Origin: Malacoraja senta
Taxonomy: Eukaryota
Assembly: GCA_038087875.1 (NCBI GenBank)
Contig: JAXLNO010005869.1
Coordinates: 248,001-312,000, forward strand
Direction: 5' to 3'
Length of the DNA: 64,000 nucleotides
Under the pieces are notes generated by a model. That model was not told the DNA's origin and did no database searches. It worked only from the letters and a program-made list of their open reading frames with translations. Below, in pieces: positions 24,203-37,914 of this stretch. Position 1 is the first letter of the stretch. Every line of letters starts with the position of its first letter. A program made the position numbers and the translations under genes.

Positions 24203-25014
24203 TATTAGACCATTATAATTAATATTATTGTGTCTGATAAGGTTAAGTTAGGAAAGTGAAACATTGTAATTAGTCGTGTTTTGCCAAAATACAGAAATAT
24301 TACTGGAGTATTTAAAAGATTCATGTCATGAAAAAATACTGGAAATAATCAACAGATCAGACAACATTTGAAGGGAGAGAAACTGAGTTGATGTTTTAGG
24401 TTGATGACCTTCTATCAGACAGAAGGGACTGATGTTGTTGGGGATGCCTGATTTAGTTCTTTGTTTTGTCCTGTTTGAACTGTGATATAAAACCATGGTA
24501 CTTTCATCTGTTCACCTCTGCCAGTAACACTGAACTCTTAATTAACATAATTAAGACCCCCAAAAAATTTCACTGATTCTTTGCTATGATGGGAGCCACC
24601 ACATTGAAAAGAAATGCCACTAGTTTACTTATAAATGCAACGATACTGTGAAGAAATGTTTTTTTATTAAAGGTAATTTGAAATCAATTGTTCTGCTTTA
24701 ATACAACATGCATATTATGTATTTTACCTGAAAGATTATATTTTCAGATTAAAATGCTGTTTCGCTAAAACAGTTAGTGTCATGGAGTCAAACAGCACGG
24801 AAACAGGCTCTTTGGCCCAACTCGCCCCTGCTGCCAATATAACCATCTAAGCAAGACACACATTTGCCCAAGTTTGATCCATGACCCTCAAAACTTTTCC
24901 CATCCCTAATTCTATTCTTATTTACTGATCTTAAAAGGTAAAAATAATATATATTGACTCCATTTTTAAATTATAGATCAATTATTAAATTGATTCAGTT
25001 CCATGGTCCACTGA

Positions 25015-26045
25015 CATGGTTGAGAGCTTCAATTTCTTTGTTGTGAATATTACCAATGATCTGTCATGGACCAACCATATTGAAGAAGTGACAGCCAAAA
25101 AAACACATAAATGCCTTTACTTCCTGAGGAGACTCAGGAAATTTGGCATGTCTCCAATGACTCACAAACATCCACAGGTGCACCATAGAAAGCATACTGT
25201 TGGGTTGCATCACAGCTTAGTTTCAGAACAGCTCATCCCAAGACCACAAGAAATTGCAAAGTTGTAGATGTACACCAGTCAATCACACAAACTTGACTCC
25301 ATCTACACTTCATGACTTCAGACGTTTATCACCCCCGTCAGTTCTTTTACCCACTCTCGTCGGGCAGAATATACAGAACCTTGAAAGAACACACCACCAG
25401 ACTTATGCCCCTGTCCCACTTAGGAAACCTGAACGGAAACCTCTGGAGACTTTGCGCCCCACCCAAGGTTTCCGTGCGGTTCCCGGAGGTTTTTGTCAGT
25501 CTCCCTAATGGTCGAAAGTGGTTTCCGCTTCTAGGTTCCGGAGATTATTTCAAAAAATTCAAAACCGGCCGCGACTATAAATAGGTTGCCATTTAAAAAA
25601 TCGGTAATTTTTTAGTCGAAGCCGGTTGCGATGCTAGTTGAAGGTGGTTGCCGGAGGTTGCAGGTAGACCTTCCATTACCTGCAACCTCCGACAACCACC
25701 TTCAACTAGCATGGCAACCAGCTGCAACTAAAAAATTACCGATTTTTAAAACGGCAACCTATTTTTAGTCGCGGCCGGTTTTGAATTTTTTGAAATAATC
25801 GCCGGAACATAGAAGAAGCGGAAACCACTTTCGACTTATCAGGCTTCCAAATGGTCCTTCCATAGCTGGGGTGCAGTCTGATTCTCGTCCACCTCGCTAT
25901 GGACATTGGACTTTGTCTCTCGAACTGTCGTGCTATAATGCTGAGAACTATATTCTGCACCATGTATCTTCCCCTATTATTGTTGAGTTTGGCTTGATTG
26001 TATTTATATGTGGTATTTATCTAATTTGATTGGATAGCATGCAAA
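25015..26045 (+). mobile_element. Rex1/Babar-type LINE 3' fragment interrupted by a MITE
   Basis: ORF 25016..25267 DLSWTNHI...LYFLRRLRKFGMS; the 3'UTR resumes after 25836. Confidence 0.8.
25406..25835. mobile_element. Harbinger-type MITE with long internal palindrome, right end lost
   Basis: TTA|TGCCCCTGTCCCACTTA left end; inverted arms of about 155 bp at 25511-25666 and 25677-25835. Confidence 0.75.
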
Positions 26046-26059
26046 ACTTTTAGACTTTT

Positions 26060-26335
26060 AAAATTTAGAGATACAGTGTGGAAGCAGGCCTTCGGCCCAC
26101 TGAGTCTGCGCCGACCAGCGTTCACCCCGTACACTAACACCATCCTACACACTAGGGACAATTTAACCAAAGCCAATTAACCTACAAACCTGTATGTCTC
26201 TGTAGTGTGGAAGAAAATCGGAGCACCCGAAGAAAATCCACCCCGGTCACAGGGAGAACGTACAATCTCAGTATAGACAGCACCTGTAGTCACGATCTGG
26301 CACTGAAAGGCAGCAACTCTACTGCTGCGCCACTC
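26060..26335 (-). mobile_element. tRNA-derived V-SINE (HE1-type)
   Basis: Reverse complement reads gtggcgcagcagtagagttgctgcc...gtacgttctccctgtgacc followed by a CR1-like tail. Confidence 0.8.
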
Positions 26336-26779
26336 TACTGCCTTTTCATTGTACTTCAGTGTATGTGACAATAATAAACCTAAACCTATTGCCTGGCGGA
26401 AGTATGCAAGAAGACAGAGTATCCTGAAATTGGAGAAAATTAGAGAACACTGGAGAAAACACCTAGATGAACTGGCCTGTTTCTGTCTCTTCAAGAACAA
26501 TTGCTTACGAGCACACATTTTTAGGCAGTTCTCCGTGATCATCATAACAAAAGATTGGCAGTGGCTTGGTTGCACATCTGTTCCCTAGATTCTGAGGAAA
26601 CTGATAAGGGTGATGTGGGAACTGCCGACTCTGCCACGGGAGAACAAGGTTGGGTGAGTAGGTGGACAGCTTGTGAAATCCTCTACTCAACACATATCCT
26701 CCAGCCCCAATCTTGGGCAGGACAGCAACCTCCAGAAGATCAGAAGAAGCACAACCAAAAAATGTCACATCACTGAGAG

Positions 26780-27725
26780 GTCATAAAGTCATGTGATAGG
26801 AGCAGAAATAGGCCATTCGGCCCAGCAAGTCTACTCCGCCATTCAATCATGGCTGATCTATCCCTCCTAACCCCATTCTCCTGTCTTCTCCCCATAACCT
26901 CTGACACCTGTACTAATCAAAAATCTATCTGCCTTAAAAATATCTGCTGACTTGGCCTCTACAGCCTTTTGTGGCAAAGAATTCCACAAATTCACCACCC
27001 TCTGTCTTATGAAATTTCTCCTCATCTCCTTCCTAAAAGAACGTCCTTTAATTCTAAGGCTATGACCTCTTGTCCTAGACTCTCCCGTTGGTGGAAACAT
27101 CCTCTCCACATCCAATTTATCTAAGCCTTTCACTATTCTGTATGAATGTCATGTTGAAGACCTCCTTCGAATATGTAGAAGACCTCCTTCGACTATGTTG
27201 AAGACTAGCTACGACTAACTTGGGGAAAATTGGACACCGAATAGTGGAGAGTGAAGACGATCTCCTTCGACCTCCCTTCGACTATGATGAAAACTATCTA
27301 CGACTACGATTAACATGCCGACCTACTATGGCTAAACCTACGAGTAAAAAAAGTATAGAATTTTTCCATGGCGACCTTTTTTTACTCGCGGGCATTTTTC
27401 AACATGTTGGAAAATACACCGCGACCTAGCTGAGGCCTCGAGTACACGGGGACTACTCTCGAGCATGAAGGAGAGTTACAAAGACCTCCTACGACCTCGT
27501 GTCGACCATGCTGCGAGTCTGAGTCGAGGGCAAACTTGCCAGAGCTCGCGGATTAGGTCGCCTAAGTGCGACAGCCCCTTAACTCCTGGGATCATTCTTG
27601 TAACCCTCCTCTGGATCCTCTCCAGAGCCAGCACATCCTTCCTCAGATATGGCGCCCAAAATTGCTCACAATATTCCAAATGCGGCCTTACCAGTGCCTT
27701 ATAGAGCCTCAGTATTACATCCTTG
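26780..27725 (-). mobile_element. CR1 LINE 3' fragment split by a partial Harbinger MITE (about 27145-27579)
   Basis: ORFs 26867..27133 and 27476..27769 carry CR1 motifs; MITE right TIR taagtgcgacagcccct ends at 27579 followed by TAA. Confidence 0.8.
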
Positions 27726-28679
27726 ACCTTGGCACAGGACAGAGCAACACAGAGAATCACTCTTCGCAAGGGAGCTGCACTTCGTGAAGAAGACCTCCAA
27801 CAGGCTGCAAAACACTAGTGCCAGCAACGAAAGGAAAGACTCACCACCACACTTATTGGTACTCATCCAGCAGGCAACTTGGTTAACATAGAAAATAGGT
27901 GCAGGAGTAGGCCATTCGGCCCTTCGAGCCTGCACCACCATTCAATATGATCATGGCTGATCATCCAACTCAGTATCCTGTACCTGCCTTCTCTCCATAC
28001 CCCCTGATCCCTTTAGCCACATCTAACTCCCTCTTAAATATAGCTTTATGGTTTGAACCTTTCCCATCCAAACTAGAGATCCTTTCTGTAGGCCCAGCTT
28101 TGACAAGTACCTCCTGCCTCACATGGACCCTGCAGCTTGCTCTCCTACACTATTCTCCAAACTGTCTTCTTCCTCATCCTCCTGTTCCCACTCTCGCTGG
28201 CAGGTACACAAATAATCTATGTTATTACCTCTGAGGTCCCATTTTGAACCCGAGTTTCCTCCCTCATCCTATTGGAGAATCTCAAGTTTCTGTCCTCTCT
28301 GTGTGCTGTGATCCCCATGTGTACTTCTGCCTCACTCTCTCCCACCACAAAACTATTCCACAACCTTTTATGCAGCTCTATCGTGGCAACAGGGATGCAC
28401 CCAATGTGCGGGACTCCCATGGACAGTGGCAGCCTGCTCCCCGCCATGAAATTGCTCTGTAGACACTGCACTTTGACACTGCTGTGCTGCTTTGCTCCAC
28501 TGCAGTTCTACAAGATGCCATCACCCCCACCCACCTCGCGGACAGACGGCTGGTTTGAAACAGCCTCCGAACAGTCTCACGGTTCCTATTGGGTGGCCAT
28601 GAACTTGCTCTTTTGAATTTTTCCTGGCTGCCTGGAGAGTGTTCCTGAAAACCCCCAGAAACCCAGGACGACAAGTAGC

Positions 28680-29115
28680 GCAGTTCAATCCCAGCCTCGG
28701 GTGCTGTCAGTGTGGAGTTTGCACGTTCTCCCTGTGATCACGTGGCTTTCCTCCGGGTGCTCCGGTTTCCTCCCACTTCAATGTTGCGTGAGTTCGTAGG
28801 TTCATTGGCCTCCATAAATTGTCCCTAGTCTGTTGGAAGTGGATGTGAAAGTGGAATAACATAGAACTAGTACGAAAGGGTGATTTCTCTTGTTTCCCTT
28901 TCCCCTGACTCTCAGTCTGAAGAAGGGTCTCGATCCGAAATGTCGCCCATTCCTTTTCTCTAGTGATGCTGCCTGACTCGCTGAGTAACTCCAGCTTTTT
29001 GTGTCTATCTTCGTTTTAAACCAGCATCCGCAGTTCCTTCTGACACATCAATGGTCAGCATGGGCTCGATGGGCCGAACGGCCAGTTTCCATGCTGTATC
29101 TCTAAACTTAACTAA
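28680..29115 (+). mobile_element. V-SINE interrupted by a Penelope pLTR fragment (about 28885-29045)
   Basis: gttcaatcccagcctcgggtgctgtc...gcacgttctccctgtgatc V-domain; pLTR with cagtctgaagaagggtctcgatccgaaa; (ctaaa)n tail. Confidence 0.75.
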
Positions 29116-30348
29116 ACCAAACCCTTTGGCCTCCCTTATGCTCACCATCAGCTCCAAGTACCCCTCAAGCCCGGGGCTGGAGGTTCTCCCTCCGCTGGAA
29201 CTGTAGCAACAGGTCACATTTACCCAGTCCCATATCTGCAAAGCCCACTTTTTTTTCATTCCCTTTTCAGATATGTTTGTTTTGTTAATTAGTTGCTCCA
29301 TGTGAAATAGCCTACCTTTACATTACTTTACATCTTCCCAGTTTTATAGATTGAACATCCCCTATTTTTAAACAAAATATATACATTTATATAACTTTAA
29401 ACTGATATTGTGACGTCCCTTTAAATGTGAATCTTTGCATTTAAACTCCTGTATAATTTGGGAATGCTTGAAATCAGCTGATGCTGAGCAGCCAATGAGC
29501 TAATTGCTGTTGCAGTCCATGTTGTGAGGTGTTTCCACAGCAGGGAGGTAAGCTCACAAAGGAAAAGCAGGCGGTATATGTTTATGTTGGGGCCGTGAAT
29601 GACCTGGAGGGGGGCTGGTTTTCTGTGGGATTCGTGACTCCTTTTCCTTTCCAGCTGGTGGAGTTTGGGAAGTGTTATTGAAGATGAACTTGGTACCTGC
29701 TGCAGTGCATCAGCCTACAGTGCATGGAGCATGGAGCATGGTGCATGGTGCATGGAGCATGTTTAGGTTTATGTGACTAGATATGGAATGGATAAACTAG
29801 ACTGCTTTGACCTGAACGATACTGAGTTGCATTGGCTTGATCACACAGTCATGCAAACAGAGGAAGGAGTCTTCTACTAAAGACTTGTACTAAAGAGGTG
29901 GTGCTAAAGATGTGGCTTGTCTCAAATTTTCCTACACCCACTACTTTTAAAAAGCACAAAACCTTTGCGTACCTTAGCATTTTGTGTGACACCACACTGC
30001 GCTTGACCCCCAAACAATTCCATATTGCAAAGCACTTTATTTTGTTTACAGCTATTTGAGAGATTGGAAAATACATCACAAAATGTAAGTTCTCTCCCCC
30101 TCCCCCCCAACTGTTGCTAGAGCAGAGGGTTCAGAAGGGTAGGAGGTGAGCAGCACACCTGATTCCAACCTCATTTAGTTTTAATGTACATTTATGTGGT
30201 TCATTTGGCGATTGTGGAGATGCCATTGAATGTCAGTGCTTCTCCTCTGATAAGATTATTGTCTGGTGTTTGGGGAATTTACAAACCTAATGTGAGAGAC
30301 TGCAGGACTGACCATTCACTGTTTGGTACAGGACTGACCATTCACCGT

Positions 30349-30376
30349 CTGAAGAAGGGTTTCGGCCCGAAACGTT
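30349..30376 (+). ncRNA. Minimal hammerhead ribozyme core in a Penelope pLTR fragment (best-preserved copy)
   Basis: CTGAAGA-A-GGGT-TTCG-GCCC-GAAA-CGTT: CUGANGA and GAAA cores, 4-bp stem II with UUCG loop, palindromic loopless stem III. Confidence 0.65.
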
Positions 30377-30575
30377 GCCTATTTCCTTCACTCCATAGAT
30401 GCTGCTGCACCCGCTGAGTTTCTCCAGCATTTTTGTGTACATTCACTGTATGTTGTTGGGTGTTAAATTCTTGTTGAGTCGTAGAACATAGAATACTACA
30501 GCACAGGAACAGGCCCTTTGGCCCACAATGCTTGTGCCAAACATGATGTCTAGTTATCTTCTCTAGCACAGGCTC

Positions 30576-30975
30576 TGCGATTGTTTCGCTGATCACCTCC
30601 GCTCAGTCTGCCGTAACCTACCGGTTGCTCAGCACTCCAACTCTCCCTCCCATTCCCAATCTGACCTTTCTGTCCTGGGCCTCTTCCATTGTCAGAGTGA
30701 GACCCAGTACAAATTAGAGGAACAGCACCTCATATTTCGCTTGGGTAGTTTACACCCCAGCGGTATGAACATTGACTTCTCTTATTTCAGGTAGCCCTTG
30801 CTTTCTCTCTCCACCCCCTCCCCCAGTTCTCCCATCAGTCTTACTGTCTCCACCTACATTCTATTTCTGTCCCACCCACTCCCCTGACATCAGTCTGAGG
30901 AAGGGTCTTGACACAAAACGTCACCCATTCCTTCTCTCCAGAGCTGCTGCCTCACTGGCTGAGTTACTCTAGCAT
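30576..30975 (+). mobile_element. Penelope-like element 3' fragment inserted in a minus-strand CR1 3' end (about 30480-31290)
   Basis: Collinear with 6875-7260 and 48820-49230. Confidence 0.85.
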
Positions 30976-31294
30976 GATGTCTAGTTAAACTGATCTTGTC
31001 TGTCTGTACATGATCCATAGTCCTCTATTCCCTGCATTTCCATGTGCCTATCTGAAAGCCTCTTAAATGCCACTATCGCATCTGCCCTGCACCACTACCC
31101 CAGGCAATGTGTTCTAGGCCCCCACCACTCTGTGTACAAAAAAATCTTGTGCTGCACATTTCCATTAAACTTTCTCCACCTCACCTTATTGTTATGCCCT
31201 CTAGTGTTGAACATCTCCACCCTGGGGAGAAAGGTTCTGACTGTCTACCCTATTTATGTCTCTCAATATTTTATATACAAACTTTTGTGACACT

Positions 31295-32330
31295 AAAGTA
31301 GGTGTTGCAGATGGTTACCAAAAATTATTGCAGGATTTTGATCAGCTGAGCAAATGGGTGGAGGAACAGCAAATGGAATTTAATCTCGTTAAAAGTGAGG
31401 TGGTGCATTTTGGAAAGTCAAGCTTGGGCAAGACCTTTGCGGTGAATGGAAGGCCCCTGTGGATGTTGAAGAGCAGAGGAATCTGGAAGTACAGGTACAT
31501 AGTTCCCTAAAAATGGTGTCACAGATAGATGGAATGGTAAAGAAGGCGTTTGGTACATTGGACTTCATCAGTATTGAGTTTAGAAGTTGGGACATTATGT
31601 GGAAGCAAAGAACTACAGATGCTGGTTCAGTCTGAAGAAGGGTCCCAACTCGAAATGTCACCCATCCTTTTTCTCCGGAGATGCTGCCTGACCTGATGAG
31701 TTACTCCAGCACTTTGTGTCTATCTTTGGAACATTATGTTACAGTTTTACAAGATGTTGGTGAGGCTGCATTTGATGTATTGTGTTCAGTCATGTCACCC
31801 TGCTCTAGGAAGGATGTCATTAAGCTGGGGAGAGTGCAACGGCTTGTAAGGTGTTGCCAGGACTTATGGGCCTGAGCTATTAGGGAAAGGTTGGGCAGGT
31901 GAGGACTTTATTCCTTGGAGCCAGGAGACTGAAGGGTGATCTTATTGAGGTGTATAAAATCATGAGGGGAATTGATAGGGTGAATGCAGAGATTCTTTTA
32001 CCCAGGGTACGGGAATCAAGAACCAGTGGGCATAGTTTTAAAGTGAAAGGGGCAAGATTTATTAGGAAACTGAGAGGCAACTTTTTCAGAGAGGGTGGTG
32101 GCTAAATGTAACGAGCTGTCAAAGGCAGGTACTATAGGGGGCAGGTTAGAGGCAGCTATATTTGAGGCAGGTACTATAACAGTATAACAGCATGTAAAAG
32201 ACAATTGGATAGGTACATGTTTCAGAAAGGATTGGATGGATGTGGGCAAATGGGGCATGTTAGATGGGGGATGTTGGTTAGAATGGACAAGTTTGGTTGA
32301 ACGGTTTCCGTGGTGTATGACTGACTCGTA
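31295..32330 (+). mobile_element. CR1 LINE ORF2 3' part, decayed, with pLTR insertion at about 31605-31725
   Basis: KWVEEQQMEFNLVKSEVVHFGK and RRLKGDLIEVYKIMRG motifs. Confidence 0.85.
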
Positions 32331-32354
32331 TTTGCTCATCTGACTTTGTGCCTT

Positions 32355-32965
32355 ACATAGATACATAGATACATAGAAATTAGGTGCAGGAGTAGGCCAT
32401 TCGGCCCTTCGAGCCTGCACCGCCATTCAATACGATCATGGCTGATCATCCAACTCAGTATCCCGTACCTGCCTTCTCTCCATACCCCCTGATCCCTTTA
32501 GCCACAAGGGCCACATCTAATTCCCTCTTAAATATAGCCAATGAACTGGCCTCAACTACCCTCTGTGGCAGAGTGTTCCAGAGATTCACCATTCTCTGTG
32601 TGAAAAAGTTTTTCCTCATCTCGGTCTTAAAGGATTTTCCCCTTATCCTTAAGCTGTGACCCCTTGTCCTGGACTTCCCCAACATCGGGAACAATCTTCC
32701 TGCATCTAGCCTGTCCAACCCCATAAGAATCTTGTACGTTTCTATAAGATCCCCTCTCAATCTCCTAAATTCTAGCGAGTATAAGCCAAGTCTATCCAGT
32801 CTTTCTTCATATGAAAGTCCTGACATCCCAGGAATCAGTCTGGTGAACCTTCTCTGCACTCCCTCTATGGCTATAATGTCCTTCCTCAGATTTGGAGACC
32901 AAAACTGTACGCAATACTCCAGGTGTGGTCTCACCAAGACCCTGTACAACTGCAGTAGAACCTCA
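32355..32965 (-). mobile_element. Young CR1 LINE 3' fragment
   Basis: ORF 32455..33015 is open through [15 protein letters not shown]...GYGEKAGTGY*; (tctatgta)n tail. Confidence 0.92.
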
Positions 32966-34614
32966 CTTGCCTCTTTAATCTTTCTCCTCCCACGCTCTTT
33001 CACGCCAGAGGCCAAGTGACCCTGTTAATCATTTCGCTATGTTCTCAGAATATATATTTCTACCTTTCTGGCCAAAGGCTGCCTGATTTGGCAAATGTAA
33101 TCCAAAAGGATGTCGCCTACATAAAGCTCAATGCCTGCTCATACAAAGCTGATATATCTTTACAGAGAAACAGGAGACCCAGTGCTCCCTCCACCAACAT
33201 GCCCTTTGTCCCTCACCATTTTAAATGAATGCTGTTGGAAGAACTGACAAAATGGCCATGCTGAGTAATTTAGCTACTCATTCAATGATGGTACTGTGGT
33301 GAAACGTCTCTGTAAAGGTAATCCGGTCCAGATGAAAAGTCCCGATCCGAAACATTCGACTGTGTGTTTCCCTCCACAGATGCTGTGTTCCTCCAGCAGT
33401 ACTTTTTTTTGCTCTAGATTTCAGTATCTGCAGTCTCCTGTGTCTCTAAAGATATATAGCAACAGATGGGCTGTAGTTCTCTAAATAAAATATCAAATCA
33501 TAAATAATTATGACACAAATTTCTCCACCATAACATAGTGAACTGTGAACATTGCTTCATATTATTCATAATGTTACGGTAGAACAATTTCTATCATAAT
33601 AAAGTCAAATGTTTTTCCATTTGTCATCCACTGGTATTTTTTTCCAAGCAGATTTTTATTCTGATTAATGCAAATTGAATGGAAAACAAATCTTTCTAAA
33701 GATTAGTTGGTGGAACTTGTTTTTTAATTTGAACATTTGAGTCATTGTATTTCCATATGTAATAAGGTTCAGTTATTTCATATATTGTATTGTTTTTAAA
33801 CAGTCCTATTCTGTAATTCTTTGAATTTAAGGCAGGGAATTGAAGCACATTTTTACTTATGGTTGCACAGCAAATTTAATTTTGTTTAGAACTCAAATAA
33901 ATAAAACAATTAAATATATTCCATCAAGATCTCTAATGAGATTTTACTACAATTACAGGCTACTATTTCATTCTGAATTGGTCTTGAATGAAGTATTCAT
34001 AATTCCACTGGCATTGCACCATAATCTGTGGTGCTTTATCAAACTATACTATATGAACTTGACACGTTCAGAGTTGCTGTTGGTGAATAGATTCCACACT
34101 GCTTGCTCATTCATGCAGTGAGTTGATGAGGTTGTTTTCCTTTGTATGTTTATATTCAAAGGTATATTTGAATAAACATAGAATTAAGTCTAGCAGAGTC
34201 AAACATAGATTTCATCTGTTCCAGTTATTAACCTGTCCTTTTGTACAATTATCCAACAATCTCAGTAGCTTTTCTTGGTTTTTTTTGTTGATATTTTGTG
34301 CAAAGAACACTCGTTAGAAGTTATATCATTCGGCATCGAATTAGATCGTGATCATGTCCTGCCTACCTTTCTCATGGAATATACTCCCAGGTGGTGAATG
34401 AAGCTGAGTTTGATTCCTCAGCAGTTGGCCAGCAGTGATTTGGGAGGGAGAGAGTGCTGGATGCACACAGTTGGTGAAAGACACTGCCAGTCATGGAGGG
34501 TCAGTAGAGAGAGGTTGAACTGTCCCTCGACACGGATATGCTGGGATGTTCTGCATGACATGTCTGATACCTGCAGACTCCTGCATAACCTGGTAGATCT
34601 GAAAATCAGATTCA

Positions 34615-34785
34615 GGGTGGCACAGTGATGTAGCGACAGAGTTGCTGCCTTGCAGCGCCAGACAGCCAGTGTCTAATCCTGACGACGGGTTTGTACGGAG
34701 TTTGTACTTTCTCCCTGTGACTGAGTTTTCTCCGGGTGCCGGTTTCCTCCCACATTCCAAAGACAAGCAGGTTTGTAGTTGGCTT
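34615..34785 (+). mobile_element. V-SINE (HE1-type) 5' part
   Basis: gggtggcacagtg...agagttgctgccttgcagcgccagac tRNA-like head and V-domain. Confidence 0.75.
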
Positions 34786-35009
34786 CTTGATGTAGTTGTC
34801 GGAGCCATGTATGTTTAGGCCAGCTACTATTGTCTAGATATATCTTGCAGTATTATTTTGGACACTTGGAAGCGGTCATTAGATGCATAGAGGGGCGTAT
34901 ATATGAGCATAGGGGACAGGAAGTGGCAGATCAGGCACGGGTGGAGAGCATACCGTTCTCACCAGACCGGGGAGAACAGCCAGCTACAACTTGTATGGAG
35001 AATAAGGAA

Positions 35010-37790
35010 AACCTGGTACCTTCATCTCTTTGTTTGGCCAATGTACAGTCACTAGAAAACAAAGTGGAGAACTTAAGGGCAAGGCTGCTTTACCAAAGGG
35101 AGCTGAGGGAATGCTCTGTGTTCTGTTTCACAGAGACAAGGCTCACCCCCAGCTCCCCAGACTCAGCAGTCTAGCCTGAAGGGTTCTCCATCCACCGTAT
35201 GGACCGTACACTGGCATCTGGGAAAGGAAGAGGAGGGGGCATCTGCCTCATGGTCAACTCTGCGTGGTGCTCAGACGTGGCAGTCCTGTCCAACTCCTGC
35301 TCTCCACACCTCGAACATCTGGCGGTGACGTGCCGCCCCTTCTACCTCCCAAGGGAATTCACCTCCATCATCCTGACCGCGGTCTACATCCCACCCCAGG
35401 CAGACGTCCGTCTGGCACTGGAGGAGCTGCACGCCGTGGTCAACAAGCACCAGACGTCTTACCCCAAGGCATTCACAACCATAGCTGGGGACTTCAATAA
35501 AGCCAACCTGAAGAAATCGCTCCCAAACTTCCACCAACATGTCTCCTGCACCAGAGGACCAAACACCCTCGACCACTGCTACACCACCATTAAGAATGCC
35601 TATCGTTCTATCCCTCGCCCTCACTTTGGTAAATCTGATCATACCGCGGTGCTGCTTCTTCCTGCCTAGGTGAGGACTGCACAGAGCTGGTGGGGGGCAG
35701 AGGAACAACTCCAGGACTGTTTGGAGTCTGAAGACTGGGCAATGTTCAGGGAGTCGGCAACGGACCTGAATGAATACGCCACAGTCGTTACAGACTTCAT
35801 AAAGAAATGTGTGGAGGACTGAATCCCAACAAAAACCTTCCAAGTGTTTCCCAATCAGAAGCCTTGGATGAACTATGAGATCCGCACTCTTCTGAAGACC
35901 AGACACCGGGCATTCATGTCTGATGATACAATAGTCTACAAGAAGTCCAGATATGACCTTGGTATGGCCATCAAAAAGGCCAAAAGGGACTTCTGCTCCA
36001 AACTGGAGGATGAGACATGTTCGGCAGCTGTGGCGGGGTTTGAATGCAATCGCCTCCTACAAGGCGAGATCAGGGGGCAGCTCGAATGTAGGCGCAACAT
36101 CACTCCCTGACGAGCTCAATGCGTTTTACGCACGCTTTGATAGCGAGAACACTGATGTGCCTTCTCGAGCCCCCATTCGCTGTGATGGTATTTCAGTCAC
36201 AGTCACAGAGGCCGAAGTCAGAAAATCCTTCAGAGGGGTGAACCCTCGAAAAGCGCCTGGACCTGATGGTATACCTGGTCGTGTTCTAAAAACCTGTACG
36301 GACCAACTGGCTGGAGTTTTTACGGACATTTTCAACCTCTCACTTCTGAGGTCTGAGGTTCCCACCTGCTTCAAAAGGGCATCAATTATACCGGTGCCCA
36401 AGAGCAAGGTAACGTGCCTCAACGACTATGGACCAGTGGCACTAATGTCGGTTGTGATGAAGTGCTTTGAGAGGTTGATCATGATGCAAATCAACTCCTA
36501 CCTCGACAAAAACCTGGTCCCACTGCAGTTGCCTAACCGCCACAACAGATCAACGGTGGATGTGATCTTGCTGGCTCGCCACTCTGCTCTGGACCACTTG
36601 GACAACAAAAACTCATATGTCAGGCTGTTATTCATTGATTACAGCTCAGCATTTAATACAATCATCCCCTCCAAGCTGGTTACCAAATTCGCAGAACTGG
36701 GTCTCTGCGCATCCCTCTGCAATTGGATCCTCGACTTCCTCACTCTCAGACCACAGTCTGTTCGTATTGGTGGAAATGTGTCAGCCTCAATAACAATCAG
36801 CACGGGAGCACCTCAAGGCTGTGTGCTCAGCCCCCTGCTGTACTCTATACTCATGACTGCGTAGCGGGTCATAGTGCGAACTCCATCATCAAGTTCACTG
36901 ACGATACCACTGTTGTTGGATGTATCACTGATGGGGACGAGACAGAGTACAGAAGTGAGATCGACCGACTGACCAAATGGTGCCAGCACAATAACCTGGC
37001 CCTCAAAACCAGCAAAACCAAGGAACTGATTGTGGACTTTGGAAGGAGTAGGATGGGGACCCACAGTCCCGTTTATATCAACGGGTCGATGGTGGAAAGG
37101 GTCAAGAGCTTCAAATTCCTGGGTGTGCACATCTCTGAAGATCTTTCCTGGTCCGAGAACACTGATGCAATCATAAAGAAAGCACATCAGTGCTTCTACT
37201 TCCTGAGAAGATTACGGAGAGTCGGTATGTCAAGGAGGACTCTCTCTAACTTCTACAGGTGCACAGTAGAGAGCATGCTGACTGGTTGCATCGCGGCTTG
37301 GTTCGGAAACTTGAGCGCCCTGGAGAGGAAAGGGCTACAAAGAGTAGTAAACACTGCCCAGTCCATCATCGGCTCTGACCTCCCTTCCATCGAGGGGATC
37401 TATCACAGTCGCTGCCTCAAAAAGGCTGGCAGCATCATCAAGGACCCACACCATCCAGGCCACACACTCATCTCCCCACTACCTTCAGGTAGAAGGTACA
37501 GGAGCCTGAAGACTGCAACGGCCAGGTTCAGGAACAGCTACTTCCCCACAGCCATCAGGCTATTAAACTCGGCTTGGACAAAACTCTGAACCTTAATAGC
37601 CAATAATCTGTTTATTTGCACTTTATCAGTTTAATTATTCATGTGTGTATATATTTATGCAATGGTATATGGACACACTGATCTGTTCAGTATTCGTGCT
37701 TACTATGTTCTGGTGTGCTAAAGCAAAGCAAGAATTTCATTGTCCTATCAGGGACACATGACAATAAAACTCTCTTGATCTCTTGACAAC
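35010..37790 (+). mobile_element. Rex1/Babar-clade LINE with near-complete APE endonuclease plus RT ORF, disrupted
   Basis: LANVQSLENK, CFTET, AGDFN, LDHCY and KSDH (APE); KAPGPDGI, FIDYSSAFNTI, GAPQGCVLSP and KFTDDT (RT); stops and frameshifts present; aataaaa and (ctcttga)n tail. Confidence 0.95.
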
Positions 37791-37914
37791 TACTTCAATA
37801 AACAACCAAGATTTGTTCTATTAGGTCTGCGTAAGATCACTCCTACTTACCCGTGTAGTAATGGCAATGGAAAAGAGGACACTGGAAGAGTTGGAAATTT
37901 GCCATTACAGTAGT

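Noticed and set aside
29722-29761. (gcatggw)n 7-bp repeat
   Set aside because: Ordinary short tandem repeat with no further structure.
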